Positions 30,755-41,176 of a stretch of 64,000 nucleotides of DNA are shown here, one piece after another. The translations under genes were made by a program, and so were the position numbers. The notes beneath the pieces were generated by a model, which did not search any database, was not told the origin of the DNA, and worked only from the letters and a program-made list of their open reading frames with translations. Numbering within the stretch: the stretch's first letter is position 1; every line of letters starts with the position of its first letter. The stretch is from Promethearchaeia archaeon (GTDB lineage Archaea; Asgardarchaeota; Lokiarchaeia; Sigyniarchaeales; SOKP01), in NCBI GenBank assembly GCA_029856145.1, contig JAHQWK010000011.1:96001-160000 (forward strand), read 5' to 3'.

Positions 30755-31031
30755 GTCTAATCTCCGAAGAAGGATAATTAATTTCAGCTCAAACTTAATT
30801 GATATAGTTCTCGATGATAATATAAAAGATTATTACAATACCAGCATTCTAATCTAAATTATTTTTAAATTTCTTAATATAAAATTAATTAGAAAGGTTT
30901 AAATATAATTATCCAGATATTTTGAATAAATGCTAATAGCAGCGATAGATTAAAAAGGCAAAGATAGTAATCCCTATAGCGTCGTAGAAGTTATTAAAAA
31001 ATTATTAAACTTTGAAAAATAAATAAAAATA

Positions 31032-32057
31032 ATGAGCTTGCTAAGTTACATTTTCAAAAGAATACTAGCGACTATTCCTGTAATATTTGGAGTTTTAACA
31101 ATAACTTTTTTCCTTTCTAGATTGATGCCAGGAGATCCAGTGATGCAATTATTATTACAAGCACAAATAAGACAGGATACTTGGATGTATCGTCAAATTG
31201 TAAATCAATTAGGACTTAATCTCCCTCTTCATTTACAATATTTAAAATATTTAATCGATATTTTTACAGGAAATTGGGGTGAATCTATTGTTTATGCTGT
31301 AGGATCAGACGTTTGGGATTTAATCATTTTTAGATTACCTAAAACAATTGACCTTACATTTTTTTCAATAATCATTGCCTCATTTGTAGGAATTAAAATA
31401 GGAACTATTTCAGCAACTCATAGGAATAAAATCAGAGATACTGTTTTTAGAAGTTTGGGCATTATAGGAGTTGCTTTTCCCGTATTTGTATTAGGAATGA
31501 TTCTGCAATATTTTTTATCATTTCAACTGAAATTATTTCCAATGACTAATTATAAAACTATAGCATATAAGGATCCTCCTTTTGTAACAGGTTTCTATAT
31601 GATTGATGCATTATTAGCAGGGGAACTCTATAAAATACCAGATTATTTATATCATTTAGCTCTGCCTGTATTTTGTTTATCGTTTGTTACTCTTGCGGGA
31701 ATTATAAGACAAACTCGTTCTAGCATGTTAGATGTTTTACAACAAGATTATATAAGAACCGCAAGAGCAAAAGGATGTAGAGAAAAAAAAGTTATTAAAA
31801 AACATGCATTAAAAAATGCAATGATTCCGACTGTTACTGTTATCGGATTAAATTTTGCTAGCTTATTATCTGGAGCAGTTATTTTAGAATCTACTTTTGG
31901 TTTACCTGGAATAGGTTTATTATTAGTTGAAGCTACACTCTATAGAGATTATTGGTTATTAATCTCATGTATGGTTGTAATAGCATTTATTTACATTTTT
32001 ACTATTATGGTAATAGATATCTTATATGGATTTATTGACCCTCGAATCAAATATTAA
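31032..32057 (+). CDS. dppB: Peptide/nickel ABC transporter permease (DppB/OppB family), copy 2
   Basis: Same motifs and same length (341 aa) as the gene at 29729; long stretches of identical DNA. Confidence 0.93.
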   Translation: MSLLSYIFKRILATIPVIFGVLTITFFLSRLMPGDPVMQLLLQAQIRQDTWMYRQIVNQLGLNLPLHLQYLKYLIDIFTGNWGESIVYAVGSDVWDLIIFRLPKTIDLTFFSIIIASFVGIKIGTISATHRNKIRDTVFRSLGIIGVAFPVFVLGMILQYFLSFQLKLFPMTNYKTIAYKDPPFVTGFYMIDALLAGELYKIPDYLYHLALPVFCLSFVTLAGIIRQTRSSMLDVLQQDYIRTARAKGCREKKVIKKHALKNAMIPTVTVIGLNFASLLSGAVILESTFGLPGIGLLLVEATLYRDYWLLISCMVVIAFIYIFTIMVIDILYGFIDPRIKY

Positions 32058-32313
32058 GTTCTAAATTACTCATCGTATAGTAGCATAAAATCATTATAAC
32101 TACTTTTTACACATAATATTTTAAATTTCATCTATAAAGATTCATAAGAAAAGGAAAAAGCTCAAAAAAGGATTCTTGAATTAGAAGAAAAATGATCTAG
32201 ACTCTTATATTTTATTTTCTGTATAATATAGAGTTAAGGTTTAAAATAAATAGAATAAATTATATTATAATATTAAAATATCTTACAATCCAAAAAAAAA
32301 AGTTGAAAAAATC

Positions 32314-32982
32314 ATGGCATTTGACATTCCTAGTGTAATAATTTTGATAACTTTGTTCATCATATTTATGATATTTTTAGTTTTTGATTTATTTGGTAGG
32401 AATGAGAAGTACGGCTATTTAGCTTACGCCGTTGCTGTAATACCGGTTAATTACTTTTGGGGTATGGGAGGGGATCCACTCTTTGCTTATATCATTCTAT
32501 TCATATTGTGGATTGTTACAATACTACGAGATACAATAGGGTTATATCGAAAAAAAGAAAAAGAAATTAATGAGATACTAATGTACATAGCTATTAGTAT
32601 TTTAATACAATTGATTATCAGCGCGATTATTCCAGAAGCTAATCCCTCTTTACAAGCACCTTATACAGAGAAATTCTGGTTTTTCTGGTTACCTAATGTA
32701 CATTCTGCTATTTTTGATCCAGCAATAGTTGCAACTTTCAGAATTACTGCTACAATATTGATATTCATTGTTATTGTTCCTTTAATCTTAGATATTAAAG
32801 ACGAGGAAGTACCTTTACCGATTATTATTATATTTGTTGCGATATTCATTGCTCCTTTTCTTTATTTAAGCTATTTATGGATACCAGATCCAGCGGGTTT
32901 CTGGACATTAACGTTCCTATTCTTAGTTGTGTTATTTCTAATCCTGCTTCTTCTAACAAGAAGCGGCTTGGAGACAAAGTAA
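32314..32982 (+). CDS. Polytopic membrane protein of unknown function
   Basis: About 7 hydrophobic segments. Confidence 0.8.
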   Translation: MAFDIPSVIILITLFIIFMIFLVFDLFGRNEKYGYLAYAVAVIPVNYFWGMGGDPLFAYIILFILWIVTILRDTIGLYRKKEKEINEILMYIAISILIQLIISAIIPEANPSLQAPYTEKFWFFWLPNVHSAIFDPAIVATFRITATILIFIVIVPLILDIKDEEVPLPIIIIFVAIFIAPFLYLSYLWIPDPAGFWTLTFLFLVVLFLILLLLTRSGLETK

Positions 32983-33093
32983 AAAAAAAAAAATTCTTCT
33001 ATTAAATTTTTATTCTTATTTTTATATTTATTTCATGATAAAATATCAAATTTATCTGGAATTCAAATAAAAGTTTACACTTAATATTATATA

Positions 33094-34092
33094 ATGGCAA
33101 AAAAAAAAGTACAGTCTGAGGATACAAACGGTAAAGAAATTTCTAAGACAAAATCCTCTTATACTTTAAAAGATCTTCCTGGAGTGGGAGAAGCAACAGT
33201 AAAAAAGTTGAAAGAGGCAGGAATCTTATCCATAAGAACCCTTGCTTTGTATCCATTGAAAAAATTAATGGATGAAGCAGGTATAGGAGAAAAAACTGCT
33301 GAAAAAATAACCAAAGTTGCCCAAGATATCGAAAAAATGGGATTCAAGTCGGCAGATAAAATATGGGAAAAAAGAAAAACCTTACATAAATTAACTACAG
33401 GTAGTCAGAATTTAGATGATTTATTGATAGGAGGAATTGAACCTGGAGCAGTTACAGAACTTTTTGGGGAATATCGAACTGGAAAAACACAATTAGCGCA
33501 TCAATTGTGTGTTAATGTTCAACTTTCTTATGAGGAAGGAGGATTAGAAGGTGGAGCATTGTATATAGATACTGAAGGAACCTTTAGACCAGAAAGATTA
33601 ATTCAAATGGCACTTGCAAAAGATTTAGATCATAATTTAATCTTGAAAAAAACAACTGTCGGAAGGGCTTATAATAGCAATCATCAAATTCTATTAGCCA
33701 AAGAAGCTCCGAAAATTATAAGTGAAAAAGAAATAAAGTTAATTATAGTTGATTCTCTTATAGGCCATTTTCGTAGTGAATATATCGGTAGAGGGACTTT
33801 AGCAGAACGTCAACAAATTATAAATACGCATATACATGATTTATTAAGATTAACTGAAACCTATGATGAATTAGCTGTTGTTTTTACAAATCAGGTGTCT
33901 GCAAAGCCAGATGTATTCTATGGTAATCCACTAACACATACTGGTGGGCATATTGTAGCTCATGGTGCGACAATACGCATATTTCTACGAAAGGGTAAAG
34001 GTGAACAGCGAATCGCTAAAGTTGTAGATGCTCCACATATTCCTGAGAGTGATGCTATATTTTCCATTACTGAAGATGGTATAACAGATTAA
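33094..34092 (+). CDS. radA: DNA repair and recombination protein RadA
   Basis: N-terminal HhH (LPGVGEAT), GEYRTGKTQ, YIDTEGTFRPER, IIVDS, GRGTLAERQQ, TNQV. Confidence 0.95.
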   Translation: MAKKKVQSEDTNGKEISKTKSSYTLKDLPGVGEATVKKLKEAGILSIRTLALYPLKKLMDEAGIGEKTAEKITKVAQDIEKMGFKSADKIWEKRKTLHKLTTGSQNLDDLLIGGIEPGAVTELFGEYRTGKTQLAHQLCVNVQLSYEEGGLEGGALYIDTEGTFRPERLIQMALAKDLDHNLILKKTTVGRAYNSNHQILLAKEAPKIISEKEIKLIIVDSLIGHFRSEYIGRGTLAERQQIINTHIHDLLRLTETYDELAVVFTNQVSAKPDVFYGNPLTHTGGHIVAHGATIRIFLRKGKGEQRIAKVVDAPHIPESDAIFSITEDGITD

Positions 34093-34105
34093 TTTCGAGA
34101 GAGAA

Positions 34106-34543
34106 TTAATAATCAAAATTAGTATTTATTTCAATTCCTTCTCTTAATGATTCTGAAATGATGCAGAATTGCTCGAAAATTTTCTGACATTGATCTGCTA
34201 TTTTACGCATTCGTGGATTATCAATCTTGGGATCTAATTTTATATCTATTTTCTTAAGTCTCCAAAATCCTTTTTCATTTCTCTTACTAGTAATAACTGC
34301 TTTTCCTTCGATATCAGATACTGAAAAGTTTTTCTTACGTAAGCAAAATGCAAAACTAGCAGCTAAACACCCTAGAACCGATAATGCCAACAGTTTTGTA
34401 GGATTTGGTCCAATTTTGTCTATTGATTTCTTATTTTGTTCATCAATAAATAAATTATTCATTTTAATTTGTCCAAGATCGCATTTAAAGATCATTTCTT
34501 CTTCTAGTTTTATACCAACTTCAGATTTATATTCATCTGGCAA
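34106..34543 (-). CDS. OsmC/Ohr-family protein
   Basis: GPNPTKLLALSVLGCL...FEQFCIISESL. Confidence 0.85.
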   Translation of the reverse strand: MPDEYKSEVGIKLEEEMIFKCDLGQIKMNNLFIDEQNKKSIDKIGPNPTKLLALSVLGCLAASFAFCLRKKNFSVSDIEGKAVITSKRNEKGFWRLKKIDIKLDPKIDNPRMRKIADQCQKIFEQFCIISESLREGIEINTNFDY

Positions 34544-34583
34544 GTAAAATTCACCTTAATTAAAAATAAATAAAAATACTGAA

Positions 34584-35060
34584 TTAAATTTCAATATTCA
34601 CGTTTACTTCGACACCAGCACGGACAGATTGTGTCACAATACAATATTGCTCAAAGAAGCTTACCCCATCTTTGGTGGCTTTTAAACATTGTTTTGCTCT
34701 TTTAAGAGTTTCGGGATCTTCTATTTTTGGTTCAATATTGACATCAATTTTTTTAATTCTCAAGAACCCCTTTTCATTCCTTGCAATAGTAACCTCCGCA
34801 TCGCTTCTAAAATCATCTACTTTCATATTTCTTTTCTTTAAACAGAATATGAAACTCGCACTTAAACATCCTAAAACCCCCAATGCTAGCATTCTTGATG
34901 GATTCGGTCCTAACATATCGACTTCTTCATGATGTTCCTCATCGATATAACAATCTTTAACCTTCATGTTACCTAAGTTACATTTAAAGATCATTTGCGA
35001 TTCGAACTCATCTAATTTTATACCAACTTTAGTTTTTATCTCATTTGAAATGATGATCAC
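34584..35060 (-). CDS. OsmC/Ohr-family protein
   Basis: GPNPSRMLALGVLGCL...FEQYCIVTQSV. Confidence 0.85.
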   Translation of the reverse strand: MIIISNEIKTKVGIKLDEFESQMIFKCNLGNMKVKDCYIDEEHHEEVDMLGPNPSRMLALGVLGCLSASFIFCLKKRNMKVDDFRSDAEVTIARNEKGFLRIKKIDVNIEPKIEDPETLKRAKQCLKATKDGVSFFEQYCIVTQSVRAGVEVNVNIEI

Positions 35061-35085
35061 CCTTTAATATTTTGTAGAGAGAATT

Positions 35086-35619
35086 TTATTTGTTAGAAGC
35101 TATATCTCTAAAAAGCGAAAACAATTTATCTTTTTTTGATTTATCATCTCTAACATTCTCAAGCAATTGATTAATTTCAGTTAACTTAACCTTATAATAT
35201 TTCAAATCTTCTTTAATTTCTGATTGAACAATTGATAATTGAATAGAATCATCTATTATGCAAGCTCTTCTAACGAATTTGAGGCATTGATTAATTCTTT
35301 CAGATATTAAATCATCGTCAAAATATTTATCAACAATAATATTAATTTGTTTAATTAACCAATCTCCACTTTCATTTTTTATAGTTTTTAATTGAACATG
35401 GGGGAAATCTAATTCTTCTCTATTATTTCTCAAGCAATTTACTAAGGAAGCGTTTAAACAATTAATCAATGTCTTATCGGGTATTTTTGGAGTAGCCGTT
35501 GATAATGTGTCAATATCTGCTTCACCTACTTCTTCAAGAATACAGTTAAACAAATTAGTATCATTTAAATCACATTCAAAAACATTTAACTCATCTTCAT
35601 CCATAGAGATCAGACTCAA
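35086..35619 (-). CDS. Divergent OsmC-like protein with C-terminal helical extension
   Basis: FECDL, NCLNASLVNCLR, WLIKQINI and QCLKFVRRACII align with the two neighbours; the GPNP segment is missing. Confidence 0.65.
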   Translation of the reverse strand: MSLISMDEDELNVFECDLNDTNLFNCILEEVGEADIDTLSTATPKIPDKTLINCLNASLVNCLRNNREELDFPHVQLKTIKNESGDWLIKQINIIVDKYFDDDLISERINQCLKFVRRACIIDDSIQLSIVQSEIKEDLKYYKVKLTEINQLLENVRDDKSKKDKLFSLFRDIASNK

Positions 35620-35685
35620 TAATAATATTTTTTTTTATTTTAGAGTAACTAATACAATGTCTTACAAAAATCTTCTATCTATGAA

Positions 35686-36294
35686 TTAAAAGTTTAATGC
35701 TTTGTGGTTCTTTTCAATTTTTTTAAGAGTAAAGTGACGTTGCAAATGAAAGTATAGCCCAAGAAAATACAGTAAAATCATAAATATATATTTTAAGGCA
35801 AATATTACAATAAAAAGCACCATTAAAATAAAAATAATAACTTCTACTATTAAGCATATCTTATTACTATAATACTTCTCATCAAAAAAGGATGCTGGTA
35901 CTCTGTATTTAGCTAAATATGTAGGTAAATTTTCAAATTCTTCTTTCGAAATTAATAATCTAAAACCGACTTGTTTTTTCTGAAAGTAAAAAAAATTTGT
36001 ACCCCAATCAAGAGTATCAATAAATATATGAATAGAATAACTAAAACCACCGAGAATTAATGCTGGTAAGTCCAATATATATCCAATTATAATTATAACT
36101 ATACTTGGAATTATTGAATGAGTAATTAATAACCTATGATTATGATCTTTAGTAAATTTATTAAAAACAACATCAAAATCGCAAATAAATGAAAAAAATA
36201 CAATAAGTATAAATTCCAACACTGTAAAATTAAAACAATAGTTTAGAATAGAGGCAAAAATAACTCCGACAGCAAAATGAATATTTATATGCAT
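35686..36294 (-). CDS. Membrane-bound metal-dependent hydrolase (YdjM-like)
   Basis: N-terminal His, DFD, HNHRLLITHS, HIFIDTL; several TM helices. Confidence 0.75.
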   Translation of the reverse strand: MHINIHFAVGVIFASILNYCFNFTVLEFILIVFFSFICDFDVVFNKFTKDHNHRLLITHSIIPSIVIIIIGYILDLPALILGGFSYSIHIFIDTLDWGTNFFYFQKKQVGFRLLISKEEFENLPTYLAKYRVPASFFDEKYYSNKICLIVEVIIFILMVLFIVIFALKYIFMILLYFLGLYFHLQRHFTLKKIEKNHKALNF

Positions 36295-36319
36295 AAAACT
36301 AATTAATTTTAATTTAAGA

Positions 36320-37303
36320 CTAATTGATATATATTTTTTTTTTTAATCTTTTTAAAACTGCTTTTTTATTTTCTAGACCAGCAGGACCTTTATTTTCAAC
36401 TAAAAATGAAGCTGCTGCTGATGCTAAATAAGCAGCCTTTTCGATTGATTCCCATGATTTATCGGAATGAATATATTCATATAAGAATATTGAGAAATAA
36501 ACATCTCCTGCACCAGTTTCATCTACGACTCTTCTAGGTTCAAAAGCAGGAATATTAAGGATTTTTTCTCCTTTTTTAGTGAGCATGGACCCTTTTTCTC
36601 CCAAAGTCATAATGTAAATTCCATTATTATCATAGTTATTGCAGTGAATCATAACTTTTTCAAAATCATCACATTCCCCGGCAATTAGATTCATCTCCTC
36701 CTCTGAGCCTTTCAAAATCAATCTATCTCCAATTAAATCAATAATTTTCTTCATGTTAGAGATGATTTCATTCTCATAAATATATGTTACTTTACCATCC
36801 TCATCTATTTTTCTAATAAAACCTTGCAAATCTATGCCAATATAAGCATCAGAAAAATTTTTTAAAATTTGAGCTACATATTCATATGAAATTTCATTAC
36901 ACAATGGAACGAGTACAAATATATCTGGAGGATTATTAAGATATTCTAATGGAATATCTTTAAAATCAAGATTAGGGCTCTTAGATTTTAGGGTCAAAGT
37001 CCTTGAATGATCAAAGTAATCCAATACAAATTTTGTATTTTTTACTTGAGAATATTTAATTCCTCTTAAATCAATTTTCTTATTCTTAATTTTATCTAAC
37101 AAAGAGTTATTAAAATTTAATTTACCTATATGTGAGATTATGCCTATTTTAGCATCTTGGGTATAATTACTTAATGCTAAGGTGCAGTAGGATACACTTC
37201 CACCGAGGCTAGGTTTGTTAAGGCGTTTAAATCTTATTATGTTATCAATCGCAAAGTGACCCGTAAATATTATAGAGGGATGATTTTTATTTTGAGTATT
37301 CAT
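36320..37303 (-). CDS. PfkB-family carbohydrate kinase
   Basis: GHFAID, LGGSVSY, MTLGEKGS, DETGAGDVY. Confidence 0.92.
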   Translation of the reverse strand: MNTQNKNHPSIIFTGHFAIDNIIRFKRLNKPSLGGSVSYCTLALSNYTQDAKIGIISHIGKLNFNNSLLDKIKNKKIDLRGIKYSQVKNTKFVLDYFDHSRTLTLKSKSPNLDFKDIPLEYLNNPPDIFVLVPLCNEISYEYVAQILKNFSDAYIGIDLQGFIRKIDEDGKVTYIYENEIISNMKKIIDLIGDRLILKGSEEEMNLIAGECDDFEKVMIHCNNYDNNGIYIMTLGEKGSMLTKKGEKILNIPAFEPRRVVDETGAGDVYFSIFLYEYIHSDKSWESIEKAAYLASAAASFLVENKGPAGLENKKAVLKRLKKKIYIN

Positions 37304-37354
37304 AATTTCTATTTACTTTTCTAATGAAAAATCCTTTATAAAAAATGATAAATT

Positions 37355-38467
37355 TCAGAGCTTTTCAGAGCTTAGACGCTGTAGTTCTTTATTCTTTTCT
37401 TCTATTGTTGTTTTTAGTTTATTAATTTTGTTCTGTAAGTCTTCCACCAAACCTGACATTGGTCCTTTAGGTATTATAGGCTGAACTTGTTGAGTAGCTT
37501 TCAGTTCAGCAATCAAAAGATCTTTTTCTTTTATTTGTTCTTGAAGATTATTTATTTTCTCTTCAGACTCATTGATTTGAGGAGTCTCTTTTTGTTTCAT
37601 TCTCAAAGACTCCTGTAATTGTGATAGATCATTTTTTAACGACTCATTTTCTTTTTTAAGATCTTTAATTTCCTCAGGTTCTAATTGATATCCTCCACTT
37701 TCAAGTGTTTGTTTAAGGTCATCTTTTTCTTTAGTTAGATTTTCTATATTTCTTTTGTACCTATTTAGATCTTGTTGAAGGTCTTGGCATAACCTTTCGA
37801 GTGTTTCAGTTGATGGTTGTGTTGATTGAGGCCTTATTACTGACGGTTTTGGCTGCTCCAACGGAACTACATAATCAATTGGTAAAGTTTTCTCCTTTTT
37901 TAGCAATTGTTGGTTTAATACTTCATTTTCTTCAGTTAGCTCATTAATTTTGGTTTCTAATTCATCGATTTGAATCTTCTTTTTAGTTAAATCGGATTTC
38001 AAATCATTGATCAAAGCGGTGGTTACTCCAGAATCCGTAGTGGTTGAACTAACTATTGATTTTGAAGTTGCTTCTAATTTAGTCTCTAATTCAATTTTCT
38101 CATTACTTCTTGCTCTTAATTCCACTTCCTTTTCTGCTAACTGTTTTTCTAAGTTTATTATTGTATTATTAAGAACAACAATCTTTTGTTGGAGATCACT
38201 TACGTTTATTCCAATACTTAATCCCCCTTGTTTTAATTGTTCTTTTAACCGTTCGTTCTCTTCAATAGTGCTCTTAATAATATGCTCGGTTTTACTTATC
38301 AATCCTATATTATCTTTAATTTTATTTCTTAATAGTTCGTTTTCTTTTTCTACTTCTTTTATTCTATCTAAAGTCTCTCCGATGGCACTAGGTTTATCGA
38401 TTTCATTTTCCATCTTTTTTCTCCATAGACTAATGAAATCCTCAACTTTTTCATTTTCTTCTGGCAT
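37355..38467 (-). CDS. Long coiled-coil protein
   Basis: Heptad-rich E/K/L/Q segments separated by Pro/Thr linkers. Confidence 0.8.
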   Translation of the reverse strand: MPEENEKVEDFISLWRKKMENEIDKPSAIGETLDRIKEVEKENELLRNKIKDNIGLISKTEHIIKSTIEENERLKEQLKQGGLSIGINVSDLQQKIVVLNNTIINLEKQLAEKEVELRARSNEKIELETKLEATSKSIVSSTTTDSGVTTALINDLKSDLTKKKIQIDELETKINELTEENEVLNQQLLKKEKTLPIDYVVPLEQPKPSVIRPQSTQPSTETLERLCQDLQQDLNRYKRNIENLTKEKDDLKQTLESGGYQLEPEEIKDLKKENESLKNDLSQLQESLRMKQKETPQINESEEKINNLQEQIKEKDLLIAELKATQQVQPIIPKGPMSGLVEDLQNKINKLKTTIEEKNKELQRLSSEKL

Positions 38468-38505
38468 TTTATTTCAAAACTTTTTTCTACTTAATTTTTA
38501 TATTT

Positions 38506-39390
38506 TTATTTTATTAATACTCCTGAAAAATATCCTACACAGTATCCACTGAAACTTCCAACTTTTTCAGAACTTGTATAATATTTTAATAATTTCCCTT
38601 TATTTGCATTTAAATTTTTACATATCATCATTAAAGAAGTTATTGTTTGAGCCCCACATACGGTTGTTTTTGAAGCTGCCTCAAGTGTTTTTTCTGGATT
38701 AAATGCGACAAAAGAATCAATTACTTGCTGATCTCTTTCCTTGAATTTTTCTAATTGTTTTGAATCATATACCTCTTTATGAGTCATATCAGAAGAGGCA
38801 ACTATTACCACATCCTTATTGTAGGATTCAATTGATTTTGCAATATCGTTTGATAATTTGCTCAATATATTAAAATCTTTAACAGATACTTTTATTGGTA
38901 TAAATTTAACATCTTTTTCTTGAGCACAATATTTTATAAATGGTAACTGTACTTCGATATTGTGTTCTCTTCCAAAAGGATGACCAATGAATGCTGACTC
39001 ATCATTTATAACTATATTACTATTATCTAATATCTTCTCAGATAATTCTTCATCAATATGTATATTTCCTAGAGGTGTTTCCCACGCTCCCTCATCCATT
39101 AAAGCAACTTTACCATAACCAATATGATCAGTGCCTAAAACTATAACAGTATCAGGTATTCTTTCTTTAAATAAATTTAAAAAAGTAAAAGCAGCACAAC
39201 AACCAGAATAAACGTATCCCGCATGAGGAGATACTCCACCAATAATTGATCTTTGTTTTTGGTTTAATGTTTTGGGTTCTTCACCAGGTCCAAACTCATT
39301 ATCAGTGAATGATTCTTTTAGAATGTTAAGTAAATCAGGTTTGAATCGGGGATAAAAGTGACCCGCCACCATAGCATGTCGAGTAACCAT
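38506..39390 (-). CDS. MEMO1-family protein (AmmeMemoRadiSam protein B)
   Basis: VAGHFYP, PHAGYVYSG, EHNIEVQLPF, ASSDMTH, TVCG, VGY. Confidence 0.95.
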   Translation of the reverse strand: MVTRHAMVAGHFYPRFKPDLLNILKESFTDNEFGPGEEPKTLNQKQRSIIGGVSPHAGYVYSGCCAAFTFLNLFKERIPDTVIVLGTDHIGYGKVALMDEGAWETPLGNIHIDEELSEKILDNSNIVINDESAFIGHPFGREHNIEVQLPFIKYCAQEKDVKFIPIKVSVKDFNILSKLSNDIAKSIESYNKDVVIVASSDMTHKEVYDSKQLEKFKERDQQVIDSFVAFNPEKTLEAASKTTVCGAQTITSLMMICKNLNANKGKLLKYYTSSEKVGSFSGYCVGYFSGVLIK

Positions 39391-39510
39391 TTTTCTAACA
39401 CTTATATTTTTTAGTTATATTACTAAATTTATTAATGTTGAAATTTATATAATTTCATCTAGTTAATGTAAAATTGAAAGATTTATTAAGTCATTTTTAA
39501 TACCTCTTTA

Positions 39511-40107
39511 GTGATGAACCAAGTAAAGGATGAACAAATCTCTCTTGATGACATTGAAGTACCAGATAAAATTCCTACTAAATTTGTAAATTCAAGAGTG
39601 ATTGTTTTCAACCCTTTGTATGCCTCTTATTTATACGTGAAGAAAGGGTTTTTTGGCTCTCCATTAGGGATCAATAAACCTAGATTAGAATATTTTTCCA
39701 AACCAAGCGAGTTATCGTTAATTGAATCATATTATCTATTAGAAAGAGATGAAATTACAATTTTCGATGTAAAAGAGAATAATTTTTTAGAGCCAAAGAA
39801 ATTCAATGAGATAGCTAAGAGGATTCATCATAAATTTGAGGAAAAATATATAATTTACAAAGATTTAAGACAAAAAGGATATATCCCGAGACCTGGGTTA
39901 AAGTTCGGAGCAGATTTCGTAATTTATAAAAAAGGACCAGGACTCGAACATTCTCTTTTTATGGTTCATGTTTTACCACATGATTCTGAAATTACTGCAA
40001 TTGATATGGTTAGGGCGGGGAGGCTTGCAACCTCTGTAAGGAAAAAGTTTGTTATCGCAAATCCACTCACAAAATCATATTATTTCTTTGAATGGTTCAA
40101 GCCTTAA
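39511..40107 (+). CDS. endA: tRNA-intron lyase (splicing endonuclease, catalytic subunit)
   Basis: LSLIESYYL, IYKDLRQKGY, GLKFGADFVIYKKGPGLEHS, RLATSVRKK. Confidence 0.95.
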   Translation: MMNQVKDEQISLDDIEVPDKIPTKFVNSRVIVFNPLYASYLYVKKGFFGSPLGINKPRLEYFSKPSELSLIESYYLLERDEITIFDVKENNFLEPKKFNEIAKRIHHKFEEKYIIYKDLRQKGYIPRPGLKFGADFVIYKKGPGLEHSLFMVHVLPHDSEITAIDMVRAGRLATSVRKKFVIANPLTKSYYFFEWFKP

Positions 40108-40199
40108 AAAGCAACTTCATATTATTTATATCCATTCTTGGATTAGCATCATTATTTCTAAAAATTCTTTGATTTTATACATCTCTCGATATAGAAAAT

Positions 40200-40853
40200 T
40201 TAGTGAGGTCTCCACTTTGAAGATATTATTATTATTATAAAAAACAACAATAGAAAAGGGGATAAAATAAAAAATGTTAATGAATAATAATAATAGAAGG
40301 TCCATGTAATGAGTATTATTGAAGCAATTAACAATGCTACTAAATAATATAGTGAATTATTTCTTTTCATTTCATATATACTACCAAATATTATTATAAA
40401 AGATCCAAAAAACATACCTATCATTCCAACACCGGGAAGATAAGACCCCCAAAGGCTCGGTGGCTTCCAAAAAAAGTATATAGTATAATTTGTTATATAA
40501 ACATATTCTATTATAATACTCAAATTTAATGTTGAAATAATCATTAATACGCTGACAGTAAACGATTCTCCAGCAAGTTTTCCAGTATTAAGATTTCCCT
40601 TATCAATACTTCTAAAAATATAAAAAGTAATAATTATACAAGCTAAAATTAAAATAGCTAAAATAAGATTTAAACCAAAAGGACTTAAAAAAAATCTCAA
40701 ACTAAAATCCTTTATTACAAAGCCCCAATAGAAGAATACTTGCCCAAATTCATTAACAACATATGATGTAAAAATCAAAGGAAATAAGAATCCAATGAAA
40801 GTTAGTATAATTCCAACCTTAAGACTAAAAATATATATTTCGTTTTCTTCCAT
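40200..40853 (-). CDS. Polytopic membrane protein (last gene of the radical SAM locus)
   Basis: About 6 TM segments; starts 17 bp after the peptide gene at 40871-41128. Confidence 0.7.
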   Translation of the reverse strand: MEENEIYIFSLKVGIILTFIGFLFPLIFTSYVVNEFGQVFFYWGFVIKDFSLRFFLSPFGLNLILAILILACIIITFYIFRSIDKGNLNTGKLAGESFTVSVLMIISTLNLSIIIEYVYITNYTIYFFWKPPSLWGSYLPGVGMIGMFFGSFIIIFGSIYEMKRNNSLYYLVALLIASIILITWTFYYYYSLTFFILSPFLLLFFIIIIISSKWRPH

Positions 40854-40870
40854 TTTTTATTTCCTATAAA

Positions 40871-41128
40871 TTAGGATTTTCTTTTTTTGATTTTAAAATC
40901 TTTCATTCTTACAGTTGAATATCCCGTTCCAGCAGGATAGGTATTTCTACTGATTTCTGCTGTTAATATAAGTATAGATATTGCCCAAAAAGAGATCATT
41001 ATTATAATTATTAGCTTAAAAATTAGCGTATACCTACTATTATTAAAAAATAGTACCTTATTCATTTCTTTATTTGTTAATCCTAATTCTTTACCAATCT
41101 TATAAAACTCGATGATATCCTTAATCAT
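40871..41128 (-). CDS. Single-TM peptide, putative radical SAM substrate (paralogue 1)
   Basis: FYKIGKELGL leader, TM helix, NTYPAGTGYSTVRMKDFK tail; paralogue at 43750-43995. Confidence 0.8.
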   Translation of the reverse strand: MIKDIIEFYKIGKELGLTNKEMNKVLFFNNSRYTLIFKLIIIIMISFWAISILILTAEISRNTYPAGTGYSTVRMKDFKIKKRKS

Positions 41129-41176
41129 TCTTTATTCCCATTTTTTATAAATTATCCATTTTTTAAATTACAGATT

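Larger units (their letters stand above)
29540..32057 (+). repeat. Tandem duplication (~1.3 kb unit) of dppB plus its upstream region
   Basis: Start codons are 1303 bp apart. The upstream cagcgatagattaaaaaggcaaagata(a/g)taatccctatagcgtcgtagaag occurs at ~29636 and ~30940. Confidence 0.9.
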
